Source of the DNA: Chiloscyllium plagiosum | Taxonomy: Eukaryota | Assembly (NCBI RefSeq): GCF_004010195.1 | Contig: NC_057718.1 | Location: 13,268,963-13,308,506 of the forward strand | DNA: 39,544 nucleotides | Reading direction: 5' to 3' | In this document: positions 9,278 through 22,400 of the stretch, in pieces | How positions within the stretch are numbered: the stretch's first letter is position 1 | Layout: each line of letters starts with the position of its first letter | The notes under the pieces: generated by a model | Seen by the model: only the letters and a program-made list of their open reading frames with translations | Told to the model about the DNA's origin: nothing | The model's database searches: none | Position numbers and translations under genes: made by a program

Positions 9278-10761
9278 TATTTGTAGGATAAATTGGCAAA
9301 AGGACATGGCACTGATTATTCAGCTACTCAAGCATGATCCACTGTTGAATTTGATTATGAATGAGCTTTTCTCATGGTGTAAATTCTGAAAACTTACACT
9401 TCAGTCCCAAGAATATGTGTTGTACTATCAGTAAAAATTGACCGGACTCTCAGACCTGAACAGGAAATTAGAAAAAAAATTACAGCAGACAACTAAACAT
9501 TTAGTACATTTCCTATCTGTAAATTTATCTTACACAAGTTTACTTTACATGCTGATTTATTAAATTGTGCTTTTATGCAATGGCACCATTTACAAAAGAT
9601 TAAAATGCATTGCACAACACCATTGGAATGTTGGCATGTGCCATGACTAATTGTAGTGTCACACTTAATTTTGAAATCCACAGCCAACCTTGCATATTTA
9701 TTTGCCAACTATTAACCCTTTGAAGGTGACAAAAGTGTATCTGAACTTGACTGAAATGCACTCCAAACAGGAACATACTAACACAGGGAAGTGAAGGGAA
9801 TGGTGCAAAAAATGACCAAGAAAATCTAAACTTTGAATACACTCACAGTTCCCAGCATATTCTGTAACAGTCTCAGCAAAGGAAGAGTTTAAGTGCTGTA
9901 TTGGGTCACCAGGCCAAGAGTCATTGTGTTTGGCTGTGCTGTTCCCTGGGGCATTCTTCACGCTGGTTTGAGCAGTAATGAGAGTTTCTGCAAGAGGACA
10001 CCTTTAATCTTTGAATGTCAGTGGAGACTGCTGGGAACTAGAATGACCATGTTTCCCAGTAACCTCCCGGAGGTCTGGATTGGTTATAGCCTCAGTGTGG
10101 TCACTCTGGTCTGCCTTGCCTCTCAATCATTATATACTTTACACTCAGGTGGCTTTGAGGTGGGAGCCAACTGTCCACTGGCATTCTCAAGGCCTTCTGC
10201 AACCATGGAAACCTCAAGGATTAGAGTGTGTACCGAGTACAGATGGGATTGTTGGTTAATTTTATGTTTCCTGTTTCACTGTTTTGACCCTTGTTAGCTG
10301 TGCCTCTATAAAACAGAGAGGTGTTTTTGTTTAATCATATTGCAGCACCCCAGGGTTCCTTTACAGTTTCAGTAAGAAAAGGTTTTACAACCTCAAGCAT
10401 TGACTTGTTTGGATATATTGCCACTTGTGGGTGAGATGTCCTCCAGATCCCCACAAGCAATCATTCTGTATTTCACCAATGGACCTGTCTGTAATCAAAC
10501 AAACAATGGGGAGAAAATGTATCTAAATGTTTAATTCACCCATGTTCTATGGGCTAGAGTTTAATTGGTGTCTCAGATTTGGTCACTTCCCAGAACAAAC
10601 TTTCCACAGGTTCCACTACAGGAGGAACCTTTGCTCTTCGGTGTGATGGATCCATTTATTTTTTAATCTGGTTGGTTTCCTTTCGTTTAGAGTTTTTTGC
10701 ATGTGTTTATGATTTCAAGATGAATAAGCCTAAGACAATATATCTCATGATCCAATAGCTG

Positions 10762-11095
10762 TGTGGGTGTCACAGTAGCTCAGTGGTTAGCACTGCTGCC
10801 TCATAGTGCCAGGGCCCTGGGTTCAATCCCAACCTTGGTTGACTGTCTGTGTGGAGTTTGCACATTCTCCCCATGTCTGGGTGGTCCTCTGGGTGCTCCA
10901 GTTTTCTCCCACGGTTCAAAGATATGCTGTTTATGTAGATTGGACAGGCTAAATTGCCCATAGTGTCTTGGGATGTGCAGGCTAGGTGGGTTAGTCATGG
11001 GAAATGCAGGGTTAAAGAGATAGAGGTGGGTCAGATTGTCGGTGTAGATGTAATGGGCTGAATGGCCTGCTTCCACACAGTGGGGATTCTATGAA
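10762..11095 (+). mobile_element. HE1-type SINE
   Basis: gctcagtggttagcactgctgcctca, ggttcaatccc, tgtggagtttgcacattctcc, tail ggattctatga. Confidence 0.88.
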
Positions 11096-11247
11096 ACTGT
11101 GTTGCATCACAAGAGGTGTAGAAGTCGACAACATCATATACTTCCTCATGATGGTATACACTAGACTGTGTTTAAAGTAGAATGTCCATCGTATTCTTCA
11201 AAAGCTACACCAATACAACCTTTAAACAGACATACGTTTTAAATGGA

Positions 11248-11615
11248 GAGACAATGGTATTGTGGTAATCCTGAGGACCAGGCTCATGCATTGGGCTCAT
11301 GGGTTCAAACCCCACCATGATATGGTGGGATTTAAAATCAGTCAATAAATCATGAAACCACCATAAATTATTGTAAAAGCCCATCTGGTTCACTTCTGCC
11401 TTTAAGGAACGAAAGCTGCTGTGCTTACCTGGTCTGGCTTACATCGATTTTCATATCTGCAGCTACTCTTAGCTGCCCTGACTTGTAAGCCCATGGTATC
11501 TACAGATTTACTGCAGTAATTTGCCAAATCTCCTTTGGTAGCACCTTCTAAAACCATGATCACTAGGAGCTGAAGGGCAAGTGCAGCAGACACCTGAAAG
11601 TTTCTCTCCAAGTCA
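11248..11615. mobile_element. SINE family B fragment (+, ~11248-11490) abutting a CR1-group LINE scrap (~11500-11615)
   Basis: gggttcaaaccccacca and gcccatctggttcact. The second part resembles the reverse complement of 27410-27530. Confidence 0.55.
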
Positions 11616-12295
11616 ATCTTCCATAAACCAGCCCAGTCCAGTAAGGTAATTGAGCATAAATGTTCCTTTATTTTCCCAAGTATTTATTGGCTTACCTCAG
11701 AAAAATAATCAGGTGCACTTTTATTAAAACATTGAAAATGACCATTAACAGCTAGTTTCATGTTCAGGTCTAGATTCCAGCAAATTGCAATGTATGAGAT
11801 ATCAAAACAGCATAAAACATGGCACAAAACATAAAGGCAAATGGTTTTGTATATAACTCGTTTTAAATCCCCTCGATCATTTGCACCATTTTGGCCATTT
11901 CCCCCGAATTGTACTGAAATGCCTTGTAAAAATAATCAGAAGCCTTACCTCAGATTGCCAGTTATGCAATGAATTGTACCTTGGGAACTCTTCCTTGTTA
12001 TTAATGAGCTTTGAAGTCAACATCTAAAATTGAGAGTAAATAGCTGTCATGCTCTAAAGGGTGGTGTGCTAATGTCAATATTTGTGTGATATCTCATGTA
12101 AACATTTTCCCTTTAATGACTCATATGGAAATAAAGTTGTAACTTTTGAGATCTGTCATTCTGCAAATGTTAATAATTCATAGCATCCATTTTTAATATT
12201 GGACAATAATTGGAGTCACTGTTCCCTCTTGTGGTTGAATTTTAAGCAGTTTCTGAATGTCCCTTGATCTTTCAAATAACATATAGTTTAGTTAG

Positions 12296-12392
12296 CAATA
12301 AAACCAGAAAGTGGTGGAGAATCTCATCAGATCTGGCAGCATCTGTGAAGAGGGAAATAGAGTTAATGTATTGAGTCAAGTGATGCTTATAG
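12296..12392 (-). mobile_element. Short PLE-derived fragment
   Basis: 'gtggtggagaatctcatcagatctggcagcatctgtgaagagggaaatagagttaatgtattgagtcaagtga' ends in the HHR stem II region. Confidence 0.65.
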
Positions 12393-12675
12393 AAAGGTTA
12401 CATTGGTCACTGTTTGGAGTTACCAGTCTTAGTTTAGAGGTAGTGGTTAAACTCAGTACTTCAGCCTTAAAATAATAGCTATCTAATGTGTAAATTTCAG
12501 GATGAAAATAGCATTTGCCTCAGAGCTAATATCAAGTGGGAAATGGATTGAGATTTCCCCAGTTTTTTTAATTGATTTAATACTGTAGGTTTTATTTAAC
12601 AAATAATGGACACAACTTTGTATCCTACTGTGAACAAAATATAGAAAGCCAAGTATACCCCAGCAGGGAATTATA

Positions 12676-12866
12676 GATCAGAAACAGAAATTGCTGGAGA
12701 AACTCAGCAGGTCTGGCAGTATCAGTGGAGAGAAAGCAGAGTTAACATTTCGAGTCCAGTGACCCTTCAAAAGGATCTCCTCAGAAGCTGCCCAGACTTG
12801 TTGGGTTTCTCCAGCAATTTCTGTTTTTATTTCAGATTTCCATCATTCGGAGTTCTGTTTTATTTT
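12676..12866. mobile_element. Inverted pair of PLE ends (imperfect palindrome)
   Basis: aaacagaaattgctggagaaactcagcaggtctggcag is inverted as ctgcccagacttgttgggtttctccagcaatttctgttt. The left arm stops at cccttca (HHR core). agggaatt lies on both flanks. Confidence 0.75.
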
Positions 12867-12869
12867 AGG

Positions 12870-13200
12870 GAATTCTTTATAAAGATGGCTCCAGGGATGA
12901 GGAATTTCAGTTATGAAGATACATTGGAAAAATTCAGACTGTCTTCTTTGAAGAGGGGAAGACTGACAGGAGATTTAACAGGAGTATTCAAAAACATCAT
13001 GAGAGGTCGAGACAAAGTAAGTAAGAAAATAATATTTACTCATGTGAAAGGATCAAGAATGAGAGGACACAAATTTAAAGTAATATAAATGATATTTTAC
13101 TGAAAAGAAGGAACAACAACATTTTCATTCAATGAGTAGTTAGACCATGACAATTGTAAGTGAAGGCAGGTCCAATCAGGTATTTCAAAAAGGAATGATG
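12870..13200 (+). mobile_element. CR1 LINE ORF2 C-terminal fragment
   Basis: KMAPGMRNFSYEDTLEKFRLSSLKRGRLTGDLTGVFK...RGHKFK. Confidence 0.8.
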
Positions 13201-13324
13201 ATGATTCTGATTAATGACTTTATATCGCACAACAGGTTGGCATCCTCATGTCTAAAGGTGATAAATGGCTTGTGATTGTTCCAATTAGGGCTACAGAAAG
13301 AGAGCACCGAGTGAATGCAATGTA

Positions 13325-14245
13325 TTAGACAGGAGTGCTTCATACAACATGTGGCTCAAGGTGGGGACCCAAAAATAATACCCTCAAAGGAACAATTGAG
13401 ACTTGATGATGGAACAACAGACATCCCAAAGGACAAATGAAACTGTGAGCCCAATGCAATGGGAAGATAGCAGATCTGGACTTCCAGATAGCAGGCATTA
13501 AGCAAATCCACTCAACACACATGAAGCAAGAGCAACGATTAGAGTGGTGCTGGAAAAGCACAGCAGGTCAGGCAGCATCCGAGGAGCAGGAAAATCGATG
13601 TTTCAGGAATGAAGCAAGTCTAACACTTGGACTGGTAACCCTACACATACCAGAAGAGATTGCCAGCATTTTGCAGACTGCTAAGCCAACGATCTCTAAG
13701 CAGATCATAAATGATTTCAAAGACCTTCTCATATGTGTATTCCTGTTAAACATCATCTCAAAGCAGACAAGAGTGTGAGATAAACAGAACAACTGCTGAG
13801 GAGATTTTCCAATTTCTCTCAAACACAGCCTGAACAACAAGATAAAGGAGTCAATGGCCTCAACAAGCCAGGGAGAGAACATCACCCAAGGAACTTCACC
13901 CAGATACCAGACAATCTGATAATAACTCGCACACATGCACCCAAATACTTCAGACATACTGAATGAAATGCATGTGCAAAGACTGATGAAAGTGAAACAG
14001 ACAAGGATCCTAACAAATTGATTTATCCATGATATCTTTTCTATGTTGTTCATGAATATTGGGTAATTGTAATATGCAAATAATAGTGCAGCCTTTTTCC
14101 ATTATATTTGTGTAAAACTGAAGGTATTTAGGGATATGCATTTGTACATAGTATACTAGCTGTGTTACATGAGTCAGGTGATCTCTACCTCTACTGTAAA
14201 TGTGTTGTCTTTATTTTGTAGCAACCATTAGACATACTGAAACAG
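13325..14245 (+). mobile_element. Internally deleted Gypsy-type LTR retrotransposon relic (protease C-part, integrase tail, possible 3' LTR)
   Basis: Decayed translation PSKEQLRLDDGTTDIPKGQMKL*AQCNGKIADLDFQI...NPLNTHEASLTLGLVTLHIPEEI...KQIINDFKDL resembles a K02A2.6-like retropepsin/RT linker. It is followed by KHHLK...IITRTHAPKYFRHTE*, similar to a Gypsy integrase tail. An LTR at ~14125-14244 is only inferred. Confidence 0.6.
13531..13608 (-). mobile_element. Short PLE-derived insertion with exact 10-bp TSD, nested in the Gypsy relic
   Basis: atgaagcaag at 13521-13530 and 13609-13618. Same family as 2700-2826, with the HHR stem II region deleted. Confidence 0.8.
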
Positions 14246-14825
14246 GAGTAGTTGGGTGGCCAAAGAAGCAGCATGGCCATGACAGACCAAATGGTCCCCT
14301 TCTGTGTTGTATTATTTGAATGCTGGAATGCCTAAAGCAGGATAACAATTGAGTTTCCTTTCATTGTAGCGTCTCAGTATACAATGTGGTTCTTGTGAAG
14401 TAATAAACGTAAGTTACTGCGACGAATGCAATTTGCTGCCAGGTTTTGCTTTATGACAAGGTCTTTTAAAATAAGTCACAAGAGACGTTCATTTCTCAGT
14501 ATCTGATATTTCTCTCCTACTTAATGTGTTGAAACAAAGTCTCCATCGTTTTGCTTTCCATGACCTTAAAAAATGCAGCTCCTCTTTGTCTTTCCTCCTT
14601 TGTACAATCTTCGGGTAGTTAATGTCATAATGGTGATGAAAAACCCATTGTTTTCACCATGTTACAATATTATGTAATGCCTGGGTACAAACCACGGGTG
14701 GCTGGTGACTTGGGTAAAGTGCTGCCACAATCAGTGCTATCAGTTATCTGTGGAAGAGGATGGTTCATGAATAAATCTCAGTGGAAGAGGCTCTTGTCCT
14801 TACTAATAGGATGTGGTTTATTCTT

Positions 14826-14920
14826 TTCTGAAGAATGGTCACTGGACTCGAAGTGTTAACTCTGCCTTCTTTCTATTGATGCTGCCTAACCTGCTGTGTT
14901 TCTCCAAAGGTTTCTGTGTT
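14826..14920 (+). mobile_element. Short PLE-derived fragment beginning at the HHR core
   Basis: ttCTGAAGAatggtcactggactcGAAgtgttaactctg...gatgctgcctaacctgctgtgtttctcca. Confidence 0.7.
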
Positions 14921-15017
14921 GTGGTTTATTATATAACTGTAATTTAATATGGGTTACATTAAGTCTTAGATATATTAACTATGAACACAAAGTAGGCAAT
15001 GCTATAGCTATCAGAAG

Positions 15018-16312
15018 CTGAGTGGCGGAAGGCAGAGAGTGGGGATAAAGCAGTCTTTTTCAGGATGATAGCTGGTGGCTAGTTGAGTTCCATATGGGTC
15101 AGCATTGGGACCACAACCATTTACGTGATAGATTAACAATCTGGACAAAGGAACAGATGACATTGTTTCTAAGTTTGTAGATAATGCAAAGATAGATGGA
15201 GGAACAGGTAAAGTTGAGGAAACGGGGAGGCTGCATAAAGGGTTTGGACAGGCTAGAAGAGTGGGAAAAGAAGTGACAGATGGAATACAATGTGGAAAAG
15301 TGTGAGGTCATGCATTTTATTAGGAAGCAGAGAAGCATTGATTATTTTTTCAGTAGGGAAAGTCTTTGGAAATATGAAGCACAAGGGACTGAGGAGTTCT
15401 TGTTCAGAATTATCTTAAGATTAACATGCAGGTTCAGTTGGCAGTTAGGAAGGCAATGCAATTCCTTTCAAGAGGGCTAGATAGCAAGAGCAGGGATATA
15501 CGGCTGAGGCTGGATACACAGATCACATCTGGAGTGTTATGAGCAAGTTTATCTAAGGAAGAATATACTGCCACTGAAGACAATCCAGAGGAGATTTATC
15601 AGGATGATCCCAGGGATGAAGGGCTTGCCAAATGAGAAGTGGGTCTGTACCCGATGAAATTTAGAAAGATGAAGTGGGCTCTAACTGAAACTTACAGAAT
15701 ATTGAGAGACTGGGTAGGAGAGGCAAGGACCCGAGGGCACAGCCTCAGACTGAAGGCATGACCCTTTAGAACTGAGGTGAGGAGAAATCCCTTCAGCCAG
15801 AGGGTGGTTAATCTGTGGAACTCATTGCCGCAGTGGGCTGTGGAAGCCAAGTCATTGAATGTATTTAAGACAGAGATTAGATTCCCTACAGTGTGGAAAC
15901 AGGCCCTTCGGCCCAACAAGTCCACACCAACCCTCCAAAGAGTAACTGACCCCCCCTTCTGACTAATGCACCTAACAACTATGGACAATTTAGCATAGCC
16001 AATTCACCTGACCTGCACATCCTTGGACTGTGGGAGGAAACCGACGCAGACACAGGGAGAATGTGCAAACTCCACACAGACAGTAGCCAAAGGCTGGAAT
16101 CAAACCTGGGACCCTGTTGTTGTGAGGCAGCAGTGCTAACCACTGAGCAACTGTGCCTCCTAGATAGGTTCATCATTAGTAAGGGGATCAAGGGTTATGA
16201 GGTGAAGGCGGAAGAATGGGGTTGAGAAACATATCGGCCATGATCAAATGGCAGAGGAGACTCACTGGGCCGAATGGCCTAATTCAGCTCATCTGGTCTT
16301 ATGATCTTATGT
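15018..16312 (+). mobile_element. CR1/HER1 LINE, 5'-truncated, interrupted by an HE1 SINE
   Basis: GSALGPQPF, SKFVDNAK (decayed FADD), MEYNVEKCEVMHF, RVVNLWNSLPQ; tail tcttatgatcttatg. Confidence 0.9.
15874..16160 (-). mobile_element. HE1-type SINE nested in CR1
   Basis: agattagattccctacagtgtggaaacaggccc ... gcagtgctaaccactgagc. The CR1 resumes at tagatagg. Confidence 0.9.
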
Positions 16313-16421
16313 GACAGAATCCAACTGCTGTCTGCTCAACCCATTGACAGTGTTAGATATCAAAACAGGCTGGTGCCTCAGATTAGTTCAGATTAACCAT
16401 TCCATATCATAACCCTTTGTC

Positions 16422-17812
16422 ATAAAAAACAGAAAGCGTTGGAGAAACTCAGCAAGACAAGCTGTACTTGTGAAGAGAAAAATAAAATTAATATTTTGAG
16501 TCCGATATGACTCATCTTTGGAACCAGAGGAGCTGGATAATTATGCTTTTTATGCTGTTGACAAAGGGGAAGGAAGAACTAGTGGAACAGATGGTGAAGT
16601 CAGAGGGAGCGCTGATGGTAGTACGGATGATATATAGGTGCAAAAGAAGTGTTAATATTAGGTATGAATAGTAGAAAAGAAATTGATTATGGAAAAAGCA
16701 AGCCCATGCAAACAAAAACTGGTGGTGCCAGGAGTGGGGGCAGAGATCGTCATTTGAAGTTTGATGTTCTGGAGGCTATAAAGTGCCTATGCAGAAAATG
16801 AGGTGCTATTCCCACAGCTGACTTTGGGTTCTTCTGGAACACTGCAACTTGCCTAGGACAGAACTGTTTTCATGAGAACAAGATGGTGCATTGTAATGGA
16901 AGGTCAGGATCATTCCTATAGACAGAGTAGAGGTGTTCCACAAAATGATCACCAAGTCTGCATTTATTCTTATTAGTGTCGAAGAGACTGCATTGTAATC
17001 AGCAACTATGGTAGATTAAATTGAACAAAGTACAAGTGTTCGGGACATTGAACAGCAAGGACAGAGAGGGTAAATGGAGGGGGCTGAGGAAGTGTTACAA
17101 GTGGCAGAGGTGTGAACCAGGGAACAGTCCCTGTGGAGTGCTGAAAGACAGGGGAGACAAAAATAGAAATTACTGAAAAAGCTCTGCAGATCTGGCAGCA
17201 TTTGTGGAGAGAAATCAGAGTTAATGTTTTGGGTGGAGTGACCCTTCCTCAGAACAGGGAACAGGGGAAGATGTGTGCAGTGCTGGTATCCTGCTGTAGA
17301 TTGACATCCTTTGAATGCAGAGGCTGCTGGGGTGAAAGTGAGGACAAGAGGAACACTATCATGGTTCTGGGAGTGAGGAGAAGAAGTGAGTACACCGTGT
17401 GGAAAAATAGGTTGGTTAGGACTGAGATGAAGGTGAATCTTTGATTGAGGAAAAAAGAGTTCATGTCAGAGGCAGCCTGGTGGAAAGTGGTGCCATTGGA
17501 ACAGATGCACTGAAGACAGAGAAAGTGGGAGTATGGAATGGAGTCTTTACAGGATACAGGATGCGAGATAGTGTAATCAAGGTAACTGCAGGAGATGGTG
17601 GGTTTGCAATGGATATCCCCAGAAATGAAAACACCGAAGCCAAGGAAGGGAAGAGAAGAGCCAGAGATGAACTAGGTGAAAATGAATAAAGAATGGAAAT
17701 CAGATGCAGAATTGACTAATTTTTTCAATTCTGGATGAGTGGAGGAAGCAGCACTAATGATATCATCAGCATACTAGGAAAAGAGCTGTGGGAGGGGGCT
17801 TGAACAAAACTA
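16422..17812 (-). mobile_element. Degenerate Penelope-like element (RT C-terminus, GIY-YIG endonuclease, 3' end), with a second short PLE nested at ~17156-17255
   Basis: Minus strand ~17026-16917 gives FNLIYHSC*LQCSLFDTNKNKCRLGDHFVEHLYSV, a decayed NLIYCIxCxxCxxxYIGETxRRLxDRFxEH motif. 3' end at 16422-16520. Confidence 0.7.
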
Positions 17813-20649
17813 GACAAGTGTTTTAGTTAACTCAGCACAGACTAGGAATTGAACTTGGGACTTCCTGATTTGCATTGCTAACATGGGTCTAAAATTACAA
17901 GTGTGCTTTGTAAAATACAATCTACCTCCTTACTATGCTGATGAGAATTGTTTTGTGTGTTTCACACAAATTATATTCAAAATACTTGCATTAAAACAGA
18001 ATTTTGAAAACAGCCCATTTCAGCAGTGTAGAGCAGGGAGTAATATTCAGATCTGGCGATGAACAGCTATATCAATTGTGCACCATAAACCTAATCAGTG
18101 TCCCTTGGACATAAGGGAGCAGACATGGTGACCAATCCAAGTGGAAGTACGAGGGTGAATGAGAAGAAAGGTTTGTATTGAGGTCACGGGCATCAGAGAT
18201 GGAGGTGAAGTATGATTGTGAAAATTAGTCACTGTAATTGTAATGTGGTGAATGCAGTGCCAAAGGCTAGGCAGCTAGGAATTTGGAAGTATCATTGAAA
18301 GTGACTTGGAGGAAAAGATCTTCCAGAGTGGATCGCATTAGATCAGTGATGTTATCATGAGTGACTAAGCAATCGACCAGTCTTCCGTGCAATGGTTGAT
18401 CATTCCTGTGCAGTATTTGATTGATGAATTTTGTCATATTTCTCAGCCAGTGTTAATTATCCAAGCCCCAGTGATGTGGTTTTATATGAAACTCGCCAAA
18501 CATTTTCTTTCAGATATAATAAACCCATTGGTTGCTTCAGCTATTGTGTTGCTCTTGTTTGTGAAACATTCTGGCAGGTACACCTGTTGTGAGAAGACTG
18601 ACTTCACAGCGAGTATTGTATGTTGCCCTGAAGGCCTTACTGTTTTGGCTGAGCCTTGGGAGTCAGTGGAGATTTTCTAAATAGAATTATGCTGTTTGTT
18701 CATTTTGTATACATCGCTTTACATCATCCAACAAAGCAGCTTTCAGACCGTCTTGCTACAATATAAAGAGATTGGCTCTTTTCAATTGAGGCTATTTGTT
18801 GTCCTAGCAACAGTACATTCCATGATCAGCTGCTAATGCGCTGAAACATGGACAGTAGTAAACCATGGGAAAATTCCAGCATACTTTAACATCAATGGAA
18901 ATAGCAAAGTTTTGACCCTAAAATATTCTGCATCTGCCATTCCTAGCTCCCCATTGTATTGAAACTAACATGCCGTTGATTATTACTTTATGATTTATGT
19001 TAGCTACATACCGTACTGTTGCTCATTAAATGACAATTTTTTTTGCAGTAATCATTTATTAACTAGAATTAATTAGGATCTTTAATCAATTCCAAAATGC
19101 AGATTAACTATCAATTGTCCTCCAAACACCATCTCAGCAAAAAACATCAACAGAAGCTAAACCCTGTCATTCTGACAAATATCTAATCAACAGCAATTCT
19201 GGTGTAAATTAAGAAGCACCTATGTACAACACTGGAATGGAAACTCTCAAGCTAGTTTTTATGAAAAACACTGAGGGGCTGGGGGAATACACTTCCCCTG
19301 ACTTACTAAAAATAAATGTATTTTTGTATTAAAAGTACGTTTACCTCTCAGAGAATTTCATCTTCCTGTTGTTCTCTTTCGTGAATAAGTGACTTGGTTC
19401 AATGAAAAAGATCTGAATCAAACTGTTTCATGATTGAGAAAACAAGAAGTATTTCTAACTTTAGGAGCCTTTCAGACAAAGCGGCAAAGGCAACATAAAA
19501 CTCTGAAAAATTTAAAAACTTGTTGAGGTTAAATTTTGCTTCTAAATGCAAATACTAAATGATTCTCATTCCGTGTAATAATATACTGAGAAATTATTCT
19601 GATTTTATATACTGTACTAATATATGCTATATATTGAGAAATGGTTCTGATTCTAAATACTAACATACATTATACCCGAAAAGATTCTGAAGTCCTTCAG
19701 AAAGCAATTAAACGCAAAACATCTAAAAATTTAGTCTTGTCAAAACTGCAACTGAGTCGTCAACGTATCAGATTAATCAGTTTATTTAACTTGTGGCAAA
19801 GGCTTTCTTTCTTTACTGCAGTCTTACGACTTTCTTTGACTCTTGTTCCTTATCTTCTTTGTTATTTAACTTCTTCTCTGTCCCAAACATTTACTTTTGT
19901 CCGTCCTTCCCTTCTCTCCTCTTGACAGCTTCTTCCTACTCTCCTTCATTTCTGAAGAAGAGTCATATTTAACTTCTCTGTGCAATACATAATGTTTTTA
20001 GCTGACATGGAACTCTTTCTCCCTCATTACCAGTGCAGACATGCTGGGCCAAATGGCCTCCTCCTGTGCTGAAGCGCATTTGTGATTCTTTGATTCTATA
20101 AGGCTATGGAACAATTGGCACTTTCAAGGCCATGATTTTAGCTCTTTTAGGCAAGGGTATTGAGGATTACATGGATAAGGCTACAAATCAGGCATGGTGT
20201 GACTGAATGCCAGAACACGTTCAAGAACTTGAATGACCCTCCTCCTATTTCTACCTAGACACACAGCTAAATAATTGATTGGTAGTTCTTAGTGATACAA
20301 CCGTTTGACTTTAACTATTAAATCATTAGGGTTTGGCTCTCTAAGCTGCGGATCAGGTTACAATACAATCTTAGACTTCTTTCATTAAGCTGCTTAATAA
20401 CAAGAGCAATATTAAGAAGAAACTGATGGCATATTTGTTTTATAGAATGATTAGTATTCCTCCAACTTCAATATCAGCCTGACTGCCTTGAAAAAAACCA
20501 GGCTGATGTGTCCATCTGCAGACCCTGCATGTAAATGTTGCTTACTGTAGCCATGGACAGGCTGCTTGAGTTGAGAAGGTGGTTAAAAAAAACATGCAAG
20601 ATCTTTAGCTTTGCAGAAACTGAACTTGCCATAGACCTAATGGAGTCTA

Positions 20650-20830
20650 GGACTTAACCCTGATTAGAGAGAGAGAGATGACTGGTAGTGGTTAACCTGA
20701 GGGTCACCACATCCCAGGTGAGGGGAAAGGTTGAGAAAGTGGGGCTGTCATGGGAATCTCAGCTGGTGTGGGAATCGAACCCATGTTGTTGGTGTTGCTT
20801 TGTATTAGAAACCAGCCATCCAAGATCACC
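20650..20830 (-). mobile_element. tRNA-derived SINE-like element with (CT)n near its 3' end
   Basis: B box gggttcgattccc on the minus strand (20770-20782). Differs from HE1 and family B. Confidence 0.55.
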
Positions 20831-20859
20831 TACCCCCTCCTCCGGCTTTATGTAGATGC

Positions 20860-21530
20860 AAATGGAGTCAAATGCATGGAGGTTGTGATTGACTTTATAT
20901 GGTATTAGTCAGAGTCCAGCTGGAGCATTGTGCAGAGAGGATGTCTAAAGATGCCCTTAAACAGGGTGCATTGCAAGTTCACAGAATACCATCATGGCCG
21001 AGGGACTTCATGTACAGAGAGAGGCTGAGGAAACTAGGATTATTCCCATTAGAGCAGGGAGACTAGGGAAGGTTGGATGGTGGGTTAAAATATGAAGGAT
21101 TTTGATGGAGCAAATAATGAGAAACTGTTTTCAGTTGCAAGAAGGTGGTAACCAGAGGACATAAATGGAAGGAGAGTGGCAAAAGAAATGGTACCAATAT
21201 GATGAAAAACATTTCACATGGCAAGCAGTTGTGATCTGGAATACAGATCCTCAAAGGGTGGTGGAAACAGATTCTGCAGAAATGATCTAAAGTGAATTGG
21301 GTGAATATTTGAAGTGGAATGTTTGCTGGGCCAGGAGAAAAGAGCAAAGTTTGTTTAGATTAGATTAGATTAGATTACTTACAAGCCCTTCGCCCCAACA
21401 CCGACCCTCCGAAGCATAAGCCACCCAGACCCATTCCCCTATATGAATTAAATGGATAATTTATGCAAATAGTTATCAGAGAAACAACGGTCTGAATAGC
21501 CTCCTCCCTCTCCACAGTATGATTAATATA
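20860..21530 (+). mobile_element. Old CR1 LINE 3' fragment, with an HE1 tail scrap (-) at ~21355-21445
   Basis: 'ctggagcattgtg', 'gagaggctgaggaaactaggattattccc', 'accagaggacataaat'; (tagat)n at 21357-21377. Confidence 0.7.
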
Positions 21531-22400
21531 GATCTATCTGCACCAAGCCATCTCCCAATTGCCAGGCTATACCAACCTTCCCCGTTATGTAACAATCATC
21601 TGGCATGCAAACATGAATGACAACCTTTGGACAACAGCACGGTTCCAACGTTTATCTGCCAGTGCTATGGAATCTGTTCCACATTATAAATAAAGTGTTT
21701 CACACAAGGCTAAGAGCTGAGGCGAGTACACAGCCCTACTATCTGAAGCAGTTCAGTATCATAAACACTACTTAAGTACCACTATAATAGAACATAATCC
21801 TAGAAAGTTGTCATGTTCACTGTTTCCCACAGATTCAGAAATAGGTTCCTTTAGAATGTGTTTACGATTTACTAAAAACTGTGGCCAGTGTAAAGCTAAT
21901 TCCCACTGTGTTTATGATGTCAATAACAATCAGTGACCAGGTGAAATGTCCCCGCTGAGTTTACAACATCAATAATACACACTGATTCAAGTGAATCCTT
22001 TCTGCTTTGTGTTCACTCGATAATCTATGTAATAAAAACGAGCTTACTGATCTGAAACCATTTCAACTGTCCTCAGAATGAATCCCATTAGGGAAGAGGC
22101 CCTGTCTCAACCCAAACAGGCAATAATGGTGCTGTAAAACAGGTGACTGCATTTTCTTTACTGCTGATTAAGAATGATTACAGTCATCTTGTTGGCTGCA
22201 CTAAGTATAAACACTCTGATATCATTGAAGAGGCTCAGGGTATGAGGATAATTCGAGGTAGGCTCAACATAAGAGAAAAGTACTTTAAAAACACTAATTT
22301 TCATATCAATATGATGATCTATAAACACAAATTTTAATCAATATAAACTGCATTTTATGAAAATGATTTGTTTGTTTTTGCTTGTGTTTAAGATCACGGT

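Noticed and set aside
9893..10297. 134-aa ORF
   Set aside because: Non-ATG start, no recognisable domain and no convincing splice boundaries.
13568..14053. 161-aa hydrophobic minus-strand ORF as a membrane protein
   Set aside because: It is antisense to a Gypsy-like relic and ends inside a PLE insertion.
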